A stretch of DNA of 64,000 nt, from positions 192,001 to 256,000 of the forward strand of contig JARVJZ010000001.1 in assembly GCA_029775855.1 (NCBI GenBank), in the 5' to 3' direction. The notes under the pieces are model-generated. The model ran no database searches and was not told the DNA's origin. It saw nothing but the letters and a program-made list of their open reading frames with translations. The stretch comes from Nitrososphaeria archaeon. Lineage in GTDB: Archaea; Thermoproteota; Nitrososphaeria; Nitrososphaerales; JAAOZN01. The number at the start of each line of letters is the position of its first letter. The stretch's first letter is position 1. The position numbers and the translations under genes were made by a program. Of the stretch, positions 29,850-37,965 are shown piece by piece.

Positions 29850-30247
29850 CTCAACGCACATTAATCGTCATAAAACCAGACGCTGTTCGCCGCGGGCTGA
29901 TAGGTAAAATAATCACGAGGTTCGAAGAGAAAGGTTTCAAGATACTCGACTTAAAGATGCTTACCTTCACAAGGCAGCAAGCGGAAAAGTTTTACGAGCC
30001 ACACCTTGGTAAGCCTTTCTTTCAAGACCTTGTAAACTTCATAACCTCTGGACCAGTCGTAGCAGCTATACTTGAAGCACCTAACGCTGTTAGTGTTGTA
30101 AGGCTGATGATAGGCTCAACTAGATCCTTTGAAGCCTCTCCTGGAACTATACGTGGAGACTTCGGCTTAGGTATAACAGAGAATGTAATACATGCTTCGG
30201 ATTCAGAGGAAAGCTTCAAGAGAGAGTCTGCGATAGTTTTCAGCTAA
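29846..30247 (+). CDS. ndk: Nucleoside diphosphate kinase
   Basis: [22 protein letters not shown]. Confidence 0.98.
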   Translation: MTQRTLIVIKPDAVRRGLIGKIITRFEEKGFKILDLKMLTFTRQQAEKFYEPHLGKPFFQDLVNFITSGPVVAAILEAPNAVSVVRLMIGSTRSFEASPGTIRGDFGLGITENVIHASDSEESFKRESAIVFS

Positions 30248-30318
30248 TCTAAGCTCTGCTTAAATTCTAGTCTGCAGTATAGTCTTCTGGATGGCTAATC
30301 GAGAAGAGGGATGCATAT

Positions 30319-32106
30319 TTGACTTCACAGTGGGTAAGGCAGCCCGTTGTCGTAGTGCTTGGGCACGTGGACTCTGGAAAGACTTCCCTACTGGATAAGA
30401 TAAGGGGCACAGCCGTTCAAGCACATGAAGCGGGTGGTATGACTCAGCATATAGGTGCGAGCTTCTTTCCCACAGATACACTCATACACATCTGCGGTCC
30501 TCTGCTTAAGAAGGTTGGTGGTGCTGTTAAGGTTCCTGGGCTTCTAGTTATAGACACTCCGGGGCATGAGGCTTTTAGCAACCTTAGGAGTAGGGGTGGT
30601 TCTGCTGCAGATATCGCTATATTGGTTGTTGATGTGACTAGGGGGTTTGAAGCACAGACTTATGAAAGTGTTGAGATACTTTCGCGAAGGAAGGTCCCCT
30701 TTGTCGTTGCATTAAATAAGATTGATAGGCTTAGTGGATGGAGACCTTCTTCAACCCCTTTTTTGACCGAGTCGCTAAAAAAGCAGGATAAGTTTGTGCT
30801 GGATGAACTTGACACTAAGATCTATGAGGTTGTAGGTAGCCTATCGCGTTTAGGGTTTAAAAGTGAAGCATACTATAGGGTAAAAGACTTCTCAAAAGAA
30901 GTAGCTATAGTCCCCATTAGCGCTAGAACTGGAGAGGGCATACCAGAGCTCATTATGGTGCTCATTGGCTTAACACAACATTATCTGACAAAGAGATTAA
31001 CCACCTCGGAAACTCAGACAAGAGGTATAGTGCTTGAGCTAAAGGAGGAGGTTGGGTTAGGTCTTACAGCGAACCTAATTCTGCTGGATGGTTCACTAAA
31101 GGCTGGGGATACTGTTGCCTTGGTTAAGCGGGAAGGTGCCTTTAAAACGAAGGTAAAAGGGCTGTTTTTACCCAAACCTCTGGATGAGATGAGGGACCCT
31201 AGAGATCGGTTTATCCCCGTAGATGAAGTTAGGGCAGCGGCTGGTGTGAAGATCGTCGCCTCAGATCTTGAAGGAGTTCTAGCAGGTTCACCTCTGGTTG
31301 GTGTGCATTCAGAGGAAAGATGGGACGAGGTTAAGAAGGCTATAGAGAGTGAGGTTTCAAAGGTTTTTATAAAGACCGATAGTTTAGGTGTAATCGTTAA
31401 GGCAGACACACTAGGTTCACTTGAAGCTATAACTGATATGCTGAAGCGGCAAGGTGTCCCCTTAAGAATTGCCGATGTAGGTGCGGTGACGAGGCGTGAA
31501 GTGATAGAGGCTGCTATGGTGGCTAAAGAAGACCCATATTTAGGTGTGATCTTAGGTTTTAACGTAAAGATTCTGCCGGATGCGCAGGAAGCAATCACTT
31601 CTGAAAAGGTAAAGGTGTTTAACGAATCAATCATATATAATCTAATAGAGGGATACACAAGGTGGGTTCAAGAGGAGAAAGAGAAGGCTGCCAGCAGAGA
31701 ATATAGTAGTCTAACACCGCCTTGCAAGTTTAAGGTGCTTGAAGGCTACATCTTTAGAAGAAGTAATCCAGCGATCTTTGGGGTAGAAATTATAACTGGG
31801 CGGTTAAAGCAGAAAGTGCAGGTTATGAATAGTGAAGGCAAAGTTGTAGGTGTCGTGCATCAAATACAGGATAAAGGTAAACCTATAGAGGAAGCGGCTC
31901 AAGGTTCCCAAGTAGCAATCTCGATGTTAGAGCCGATAGTTGGTAGACACATAGTTGAGAAAGAGGTGTTGTATTCGCTACCTAAGGAAGCTGAGGTGCG
32001 GACCTTAAAAGAGAAGTATCTGAATAGGCTTACCCCAGAAGAGCAGCAGCTGCTTGAAGAGATTATTTTAGTTAGAAAGAAGGTGCTCTCAACCTACCCC
32101 TATTGA
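30319..32106 (+). CDS. infB: Translation initiation factor aIF5B (IF-2)
   Basis: GHVDSGKT, TQHIG, DTPGHEAF, NKID; normal length, no intein. Confidence 0.98.
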   Translation: MTSQWVRQPVVVVLGHVDSGKTSLLDKIRGTAVQAHEAGGMTQHIGASFFPTDTLIHICGPLLKKVGGAVKVPGLLVIDTPGHEAFSNLRSRGGSAADIAILVVDVTRGFEAQTYESVEILSRRKVPFVVALNKIDRLSGWRPSSTPFLTESLKKQDKFVLDELDTKIYEVVGSLSRLGFKSEAYYRVKDFSKEVAIVPISARTGEGIPELIMVLIGLTQHYLTKRLTTSETQTRGIVLELKEEVGLGLTANLILLDGSLKAGDTVALVKREGAFKTKVKGLFLPKPLDEMRDPRDRFIPVDEVRAAAGVKIVASDLEGVLAGSPLVGVHSEERWDEVKKAIESEVSKVFIKTDSLGVIVKADTLGSLEAITDMLKRQGVPLRIADVGAVTRREVIEAAMVAKEDPYLGVILGFNVKILPDAQEAITSEKVKVFNESIIYNLIEGYTRWVQEEKEKAASREYSSLTPPCKFKVLEGYIFRRSNPAIFGVEIITGRLKQKVQVMNSEGKVVGVVHQIQDKGKPIEEAAQGSQVAISMLEPIVGRHIVEKEVLYSLPKEAEVRTLKEKYLNRLTPEEQQLLEEIILVRKKVLSTYPY

Positions 32107-32162
32107 GGAAACTAAACACTTTTTAAATAACTGCAAACCCTAACCTTACACGGATATGTAAA

Positions 32163-32468
32163 TTGGTCAAGGTAACAGTAATAGCAATGGGTAGTGTAAG
32201 AGAGGCATTAGGCGGCTGGGGCACAAGAACGGTAGAGGTGACTGGAAGCGTAAAAGACCTACTACTGACACTTAAGACTAAAGAAGGAAAGACCCTCTAT
32301 GAACTTATGGTTGACCCAGACGGCACAAAAGATCGATACTTGATACGCTGGGTTAGAGGAGATCTAAGACCATCCAACCTAATCTACCAAAAAGACCTTG
32401 AGATGCAACTAGAAGACGGAGACCGCATCTGGCTCCTGGATAACCCACCCGTTATAATAGGCGGCTAG
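32163..32468 (+). CDS. Ubiquitin-like MoaD/ThiS/SAMP protein
   Basis: Beta-grasp pattern, LEDGDRI, C-terminal GG (PPVIIGG). Confidence 0.85.
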   Translation: MVKVTVIAMGSVREALGGWGTRTVEVTGSVKDLLLTLKTKEGKTLYELMVDPDGTKDRYLIRWVRGDLRPSNLIYQKDLEMQLEDGDRIWLLDNPPVIIGG

Positions 32469-32470
32469 TC

Positions 32471-32556
32471 TGTCAAAAAACGACAAATCAGATAGCGGTG
32501 CTGCCATTTATAGACAAGTTTATAAACACCCTAAGATATACTCATTAAGACAAGTT
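32471..32556 (+). promoter_or_regulatory. Putative promoter/operator of the HTH-V4R operon
   Basis: TATA-like TTTATAAA 32519-32526; TGTC-N7-GACA palindrome 32471-32485; AGACAAGTT direct repeats 32512-32520 and 32548-32556. Confidence 0.5.
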
Positions 32557-32559
32557 GGT

Positions 32560-33237
32560 TTGCTGAAAATGTTGAATAAATCGGGATTTGAAGTAGATGA
32601 TATCGACTTAAAGATCATTCAAGTCTTAGTAAAAAATGCAAGGGCAGACTTCAAAGATATCGCAGAAATTGTTGGTGTTTCAGACCGAACTGTTGCAAGA
32701 AGAATAGAGCGCTTGGAAAAGAATAAAGTAATCAGAGGGTATCACGTCGATTTAGATCAAGAAGCGTTAATGCAACAAGGCATTAACCTTCCAGAATGTG
32801 ATGAATACGTGAAGTTGAGCCGCCTAGAGTGGGAGGAGCTCTGGAATGCGCTTGGAAAGATAATGGGAAGCGGGCTTGGCATCTTGCTTTTCCACGCGGG
32901 GAAGGCTGTAGGCTCAGAAATAGGCTCAAAGCTGCTTAAACGATACATAGAGCCATCAACTGCGTTAAATATGCTGCCAACGATGCTCGTTGGACGAGGA
33001 TGTAAAGAATGTAGGCTAATCGACTTAAATCAAGATAAAGGTTTGGGCAAGCTTGAAGTAGTAAAGCAGGGTATAACCATCCAGAAAAACACTGGCATTT
33101 TCTTAGAGTGGCTAAGAGGTCTAATTTCAGGAGCCCTAGAGACAATATTAGGTAAGAAGATTGATGTTGTCGAAGATTCATCGGTAGCTGACCGCATAAC
33201 TTACAGATTCAGCCAAGGTGGTGATATAAAAACTTGA
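32560..33237 (+). CDS. Lrp/AsnC-type HTH fused to V4R-like ligand-binding domain
   Basis: DDIDLKIIQVL..NAR....IAEIVGVSDRTVARRIERLE...IRGY; C-terminal LLFHAGKAVG, WLRGLISGALE; V4R C-terminal Cys pair absent. Confidence 0.82.
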   Translation: MLKMLNKSGFEVDDIDLKIIQVLVKNARADFKDIAEIVGVSDRTVARRIERLEKNKVIRGYHVDLDQEALMQQGINLPECDEYVKLSRLEWEELWNALGKIMGSGLGILLFHAGKAVGSEIGSKLLKRYIEPSTALNMLPTMLVGRGCKECRLIDLNQDKGLGKLEVVKQGITIQKNTGIFLEWLRGLISGALETILGKKIDVVEDSSVADRITYRFSQGGDIKT

Positions 33238-33926
33238 ACAGCCAGAGGGTAAAGACTGGTGTAGATAGACTCGACTACATACTTAAGGGCGGAATACCAA
33301 GAGGTTCAGTGGTGCTCTTAGCTGGCGGACCTGGCACAGGCAAGACCATATTATCTGCACGCTTCCTCTACAGCGGTATAGTTGATTATAATGAAGGCGG
33401 GATGTATGTGAGCTTCACAGAGACACGGGAAGCATTCAAAAACTATATGTTAAACTTTGGCTGGAACTTTGACGAGCTCGAGAAGAAAGGACTCTTCACT
33501 TTTCTAGACCTCTTCTCCACATCTGAAGAAGGCTTAGATCACGTCATCAAAACCATTTTAGAACCGATCTCTATACGGAAGATAAAACGGTTAGTGATCG
33601 ACTCTGTCACAGCACTCTCAATAAGCCTAGGTGAGAGATACAAGGTTAGGAACATTGTATATCTTCTGAAGCAGCTCCTCAAGCAGACTGACTGCACCTC
33701 AATATTCGTAGCCGAAGTGCCCTTCGGCTACCCTATGATGGGTGTAGGGATTGAAGAGTTCGTTGTTGATGGTGTCATAGTTTTAGAGCTGCAGCGTGAA
33801 GGCTATGAGTTTAGAAGGAGGATTGCCGTTCTTAAGATGCGTGGAACAGAGCACGACCTAAAATACTATAGATTCGACATCCAGCATACAATCGGACTCA
33901 AGATAATGCCTATACTCGCGGAGTAG
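33234..33926 (+). CDS. Single-domain KaiC/RecA-superfamily ATPase
   Basis: KTGVDRLD..LKGGIP, Walker A GGPGTGKT, LVIDS, EEFVVDGVI, LKMRGT. Confidence 0.93.
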   Translation: MNSQRVKTGVDRLDYILKGGIPRGSVVLLAGGPGTGKTILSARFLYSGIVDYNEGGMYVSFTETREAFKNYMLNFGWNFDELEKKGLFTFLDLFSTSEEGLDHVIKTILEPISIRKIKRLVIDSVTALSISLGERYKVRNIVYLLKQLLKQTDCTSIFVAEVPFGYPMMGVGIEEFVVDGVIVLELQREGYEFRRRIAVLKMRGTEHDLKYYRFDIQHTIGLKIMPILAE

Positions 33927-33935
33927 GATCTAAGT

Positions 33936-35543
33936 TTGGATGAAAAAACTTTATACGAACAAACCTGCAGCTTCTTTGAAAAAAGTTTCTCCCGTCAACT
34001 CGAATTCAACCAAACGCAGCTTCAAGAGCATCTTAAACGATGGCAGCAAACGATAACCTCAAAGCGGATAGCTGCAAGCACAGAGCGTAGAGAGCAGGTG
34101 CCTCTCACAGAATATTACGATTATCAAGAGATGATTGAATTCGGGAATGCTCTTCAAAAGCTTGTAGAACAAAACGTAAGGGGAAAAGATGAGCTACTAG
34201 CTGATTATTACTGCCGGTTAGCAGGAAAGATCAAATATATTGTAGAAGGCGCTCTCCCTTACGAGTTAGCATTTGTAGTGAAGACTACTGGTTCAACTGG
34301 TAATAGCAAATGGCTGGTGCACGGTGACCTCTTCTGGGAAAACTTTCGACTCGACTCGATAGCTACTGGCATCCTTGCTTGTAGCGAAACATGGGGCAAG
34401 ACGAAATATCAAATAGGTGATAAAGGTCTCAATGTAGTCGCTCCAGTACCTTACTTAAGTGGTTGGTCAATAAAGTCTGTCATACCCTACTTTCAACCAG
34501 TCCCACCATTAGAAGTTACAGACAATATCCCGGACACTAGAAGAAAGTTCTACCTTGCTCTCAAGGTGATGGAGAAGGGTGAAAAAATTGTTGTTGGCGG
34601 AGCAAACGCAGCAACCTTCTACATGCTTTTCAGATACTTCACAGACCAAACAGCCTTCTTCAAAGACCTTTACAAGTCTGTAAATGTTAGTCTAATAAAA
34701 TTCTACTTCTTATACAGAATGATTCAAAGCTTATTCAAATCAAGAAACATCGTACCCATCTTAGATGTCTTCCCTCTTAAAGGAGCCATGGTTGGAGGAG
34801 CCGACACAAAGGTCTACTGTGAATTCTTTAAGAACACCTTTGGCTTTGTTCCATTAAACATATATGGTTCTTCTGAAGCCGGTATAGCTTTCTTAGGTAC
34901 ACCTGATGATAGACTTAATCTTATTCCAAATCTCCGCTCGGGATATTATGAATTTGTTAATGATCTTGGAGAAATATTGGCGTTAAATGAGGTTAAGAAA
35001 GATGAGGTGTATGAATTGGTGGTGTCTCCTTTTGGCTCAGGTTTGGTTAGATACAGAAGTGGAGACCTCTTCAAAGTGGTAAAGATAAGAGATGACGGTT
35101 TACCAATCTTCTCCTGCGAGGGTAGGAAGATTAACGTCATCGACATATACGGCTACTTTAGGCTCACAGAAGGGCTTATTGCCGAAGCACTTGCTCAAGC
35201 CGGGTTAAAAAACTCCGACAAATGGGCTGTCATAAAACAATCTACACCAGAAGAACACATACACTTCCTAATGGAGAAGGAATGGGAGTATTCAGAAGAG
35301 GAAGCTGAAAAACAAATATTTCGCGCACTCATAAACGTCTCAGATGAATTTGCGCAATATATAAGGGTGTTTAGAATAAAGAAGCCTTCGCAGATAATCA
35401 AAGTTGAATATCTAAAACAAGGTGCATTCACTAGATACATAATTCGAGCAACTAAACTTGGATTACCTTTGGGCCAACTTAAAGTTCCAAAGATAATACC
35501 AATGGATAGAGCTGACATATTTGACCTTATAAAGAGTGTATAA
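33936..35543 (+). CDS. GH3-family acyl-acid amido synthetase (ANL adenylating superfamily)
   Basis: VPLTEYYDY, P-loop KTTGSTGNSK, YGSSE, YYEF, YELVVS..SGLVRYRSGD, C-terminal GQLKVPKI. Confidence 0.88.
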   Translation: MDEKTLYEQTCSFFEKSFSRQLEFNQTQLQEHLKRWQQTITSKRIAASTERREQVPLTEYYDYQEMIEFGNALQKLVEQNVRGKDELLADYYCRLAGKIKYIVEGALPYELAFVVKTTGSTGNSKWLVHGDLFWENFRLDSIATGILACSETWGKTKYQIGDKGLNVVAPVPYLSGWSIKSVIPYFQPVPPLEVTDNIPDTRRKFYLALKVMEKGEKIVVGGANAATFYMLFRYFTDQTAFFKDLYKSVNVSLIKFYFLYRMIQSLFKSRNIVPILDVFPLKGAMVGGADTKVYCEFFKNTFGFVPLNIYGSSEAGIAFLGTPDDRLNLIPNLRSGYYEFVNDLGEILALNEVKKDEVYELVVSPFGSGLVRYRSGDLFKVVKIRDDGLPIFSCEGRKINVIDIYGYFRLTEGLIAEALAQAGLKNSDKWAVIKQSTPEEHIHFLMEKEWEYSEEEAEKQIFRALINVSDEFAQYIRVFRIKKPSQIIKVEYLKQGAFTRYIIRATKLGLPLGQLKVPKIIPMDRADIFDLIKSV

Positions 35544-37626
35544 GATGAGTACAGCACTGCTATGGTCAAGCCAGTATATTGCTGCCGTAATAATAGGGTT
35601 AGCGCTCGCTCTACGTATCTTACAAAAAGAACCTAGGGTGCTGGTGAACTATCTTTTGCTAATTTATTCGCTACTAGTGTCAATTTGGTCTTGCTCTGTC
35701 TTTATACATAGAACTACTCCATATCTTGATCTATCGATGCTTGCATTTAGAATAGGTGCGATCTCACTCTTCTTAGCTCAGGGAACATATTTATCTATGG
35801 CATTTTCCATCCGTTCACTTAAAAAACGATACTTGTTTATGATTTTACCGGCATTGGTAGTCTCAATAATCTATCTTGGCTTCGGCGACTTCACATTTAC
35901 CTACACAAGCTTTGGTTGGTCATATCGCTTGGCTGGTGATTTATTTTCACAGAGTATACGTGGGTTGACTAACGAAGCCTATAACTTTGCTATTCTCTTA
36001 ACACTTTACTCGTTATATAAAGGAGCAGCTAGTCCTGTGTTAAAACGTAAATTAAAGTTCCTATTACTTCCTTACTTGACCTTTCAGTTTATTGGCTTTT
36101 CGGCAACAAACCTTATATTAATAGTGAGTGAGGACGTGCCGCCCTTTGGAGGAATGCTGCATATAGGGACGTTTATAACTATGAGCTATGCGCTAACTCT
36201 CTCACCTAAACCTTTGATAGCCTACGCATCAGCTTCAGATACGTCTGGGAGATATACCCGCTTTCTAAACCAACTACTTGATAAGTTGCCCGGAGAAGCA
36301 TTAGGCCAAAAGTATGTCCTCTTTTCCCAGTTCCTAAAGCAAACTAACATAGATAAATGTGTATCATATATAGGTGACCGACCGTTTTTCAAGGCAAGAA
36401 TCCAATTAGACTTGGTATTAAGTATTGAGAAGACGCTCGACTATTTATGTGAAATCAAATCAATTTCCCTTTTGGATAGCTATCTACCTGTCATAAATGC
36501 TGCCTATACGAGTCTATCTGCTTCGGAAAGGCAGAAGTTAGATGAGGTGATCTTGAAGCATGCGAAGTTTCTGATGGAATGTGATGTATTTTATGGTGTA
36601 GATGGAGGAAGACTCCTGCAGAAGGTTGAGGTAGACAGTAGCTTAAATAGTATCCAAGATACAGAAGCCGCTTTAAGAATATACAAGAGGATACTGCTTG
36701 CAACCTTTACGGAGTTTAACAGCGTTTTAGGTAGCGAGTTCCTCAACCGCCTCCTTCTCTACGATGTTTTGAAGGATATAGAATTGGAGGCTGACGGTTA
36801 CATTTCGATAACAAACTGCTTAGAGAAGCATAAGAATGACCCGCCTGTAAAGATTATAACATTGTTCAACAGTTTCCTCTCTCAAGCTATATCTCAAGTC
36901 GAAGACACAGCGCCAAGGACCGCTAGCGTAATATTAGGCAAGATAAATAGAGTCCTGGAGTTAAACTGGCGCCGCGCGTCAAAATTAGGTATCGTATCCG
37001 CTCTGAGAATTGCCCTCGGTGATTTGGTTTCTGAGCCAATAACCATACCTTTGCTAAATGAACCTATAACCACAGACACCTTTAGAGCTTCGTCAATCAT
37101 ACTAGGCAAATCTATAGAAGAGGTTGCAGGGAAGGTTATCCTCTTAGAGTTCACAACACCAATACCTCTACAGCTCGCTGCAAGAAGGTTAGCAGTAGAA
37201 GCGCTGGCAAAAGGATATGATGTGGTAGTCTTCACTAGAAAGGGTAGTGTGGTCGAAGAATCCCTCACACCATTAGACGTGAAATATATTTACCTCACAC
37301 TAATACCTCACACAGAAAAGGAAGGAGGCAAATCCTATGTCCAGCTCAGAGATCCAACCGAAGTGTTAACCGCACTTAGCGAGCTAAGCCCATCTGAGGC
37401 ATCACTCATACTCTTTGACAACCTCACCGACCTAATCCTAACAACCGGCTTCGACAAAACATACACCCTTCTGCGACACGTGGTTGAACTAGCGGCGGAG
37501 ACGAAAGCGGTCATATTACTCGGACTCAACAAAGACGCACACGAAAAGCAGCAAGTAGCCGCCTTAGAAGCCCTAGTAAACCTAACTATAAACCTAGAAA
37601 AGGCAGCTAAACTGTTAGAGCGTTAA
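35536..37626 (+). CDS. HisKA_7TM-like membrane sensor fused to a helical linker and a C-terminal DUF835 (inactive KaiC-like) domain
   Basis: About 7 TM in the first 225 aa; C-terminal VVFTRKGS, LILFDNLTDLILTTGFDKTY, AHE....LE.L typical of DUF835; no His-kinase H-box seen. Confidence 0.72.
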   Translation: MYKMSTALLWSSQYIAAVIIGLALALRILQKEPRVLVNYLLLIYSLLVSIWSCSVFIHRTTPYLDLSMLAFRIGAISLFLAQGTYLSMAFSIRSLKKRYLFMILPALVVSIIYLGFGDFTFTYTSFGWSYRLAGDLFSQSIRGLTNEAYNFAILLTLYSLYKGAASPVLKRKLKFLLLPYLTFQFIGFSATNLILIVSEDVPPFGGMLHIGTFITMSYALTLSPKPLIAYASASDTSGRYTRFLNQLLDKLPGEALGQKYVLFSQFLKQTNIDKCVSYIGDRPFFKARIQLDLVLSIEKTLDYLCEIKSISLLDSYLPVINAAYTSLSASERQKLDEVILKHAKFLMECDVFYGVDGGRLLQKVEVDSSLNSIQDTEAALRIYKRILLATFTEFNSVLGSEFLNRLLLYDVLKDIELEADGYISITNCLEKHKNDPPVKIITLFNSFLSQAISQVEDTAPRTASVILGKINRVLELNWRRASKLGIVSALRIALGDLVSEPITIPLLNEPITTDTFRASSIILGKSIEEVAGKVILLEFTTPIPLQLAARRLAVEALAKGYDVVVFTRKGSVVEESLTPLDVKYIYLTLIPHTEKEGGKSYVQLRDPTEVLTALSELSPSEASLILFDNLTDLILTTGFDKTYTLLRHVVELAAETKAVILLGLNKDAHEKQQVAALEALVNLTINLEKAAKLLER

Positions 37627-37632
37627 CCAAAA

Positions 37633-37731
37633 TGGTGGACCGGGGGGGATTCGAACCCCCGACCTCCCGCGTGCGAGGCGGGCGTCTGCACCAGCCACAG
37701 CAGACTGCTCATACCACTGAACTACCGGCCC
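37633..37731 (-). tRNA. tRNA-Ala(CGC) with 23-nt intron at non-canonical position 23/24 (37686-37708), CCA encoded
   Basis: Acceptor GGGCCGG/CCGGTCC (G3:U70), anticodon arm CCCGC-CTCGCAC-GCGGG, T arm GGGGG-TTCGAAT-CCCCC; removing the intron restores D stem GTTC/GAAC and gives 76 nt. Confidence 0.94.
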
Positions 37732-37754
37732 ACTTAAACAAGGCCTCGGGACTA

Positions 37755-37830
37755 GAGCGCAACCCAACATATATTCTTCATCCCAGAGGCGTGGTCAGAT
37801 CGCCCGTCGTAACGTTGGGCTGCGCATCTC
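37755..37830 (-). ncRNA. Putative C/D-box-like guide RNA for 16S rRNA C1402 (E. coli numbering)
   Basis: 14-bp terminal stem (37757-37770/37812-37825), guide CGACGGGCG, D box CTGA (37795-37798), C-like GGGATGA (37778-37784). Confidence 0.65.
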
Positions 37831-37965
37831 CCCCTTTTACCCCATTACTATAATCAGTTCAAGCATATTACAGTTACCAAACCCATTCTTCCATCCACCA
37901 CACAAGCACTACTCTATTATAACCATCATAAAAGTTTAATATATTCGCTTAACATACCTACATAA

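Noticed and set aside
31014-31658. Long antisense ORFs (this one, and e.g. 5365-5784, 10417-10824, 29122-29565)
   Set aside because: They lie wholly opposite well-supported genes and have Ser/Thr/Phe-rich shadow composition.
33234-33926. Circadian clock KaiC
   Set aside because: Single domain, acidic EE rather than ST at the phosphosite position, and no kaiA/kaiB; treated as a generic KaiC-like ATPase.
35536-37626. Sensor histidine kinase
   Set aside because: No H-box or HATPase N/G boxes visible; the C-terminus looks like DUF835.
32106-37640. Integrated mobile element at tRNA-Ala
   Set aside because: No integrase, and no duplicate of the tRNA 3' end found at the left boundary.
37755-37830. 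H/ACA pseudouridylation guide interpretation of the hairpin
   Set aside because: No ACA after the lower stem, and the antisense element sits in exact D+5 register for a known 2'-O-methyl site.
37632-37853. 73-aa ORF on the + strand
   Set aside because: It is the antisense reading of tRNA-Ala and the structured RNA; GGFEPPTS is the classic tRNA shadow translation.
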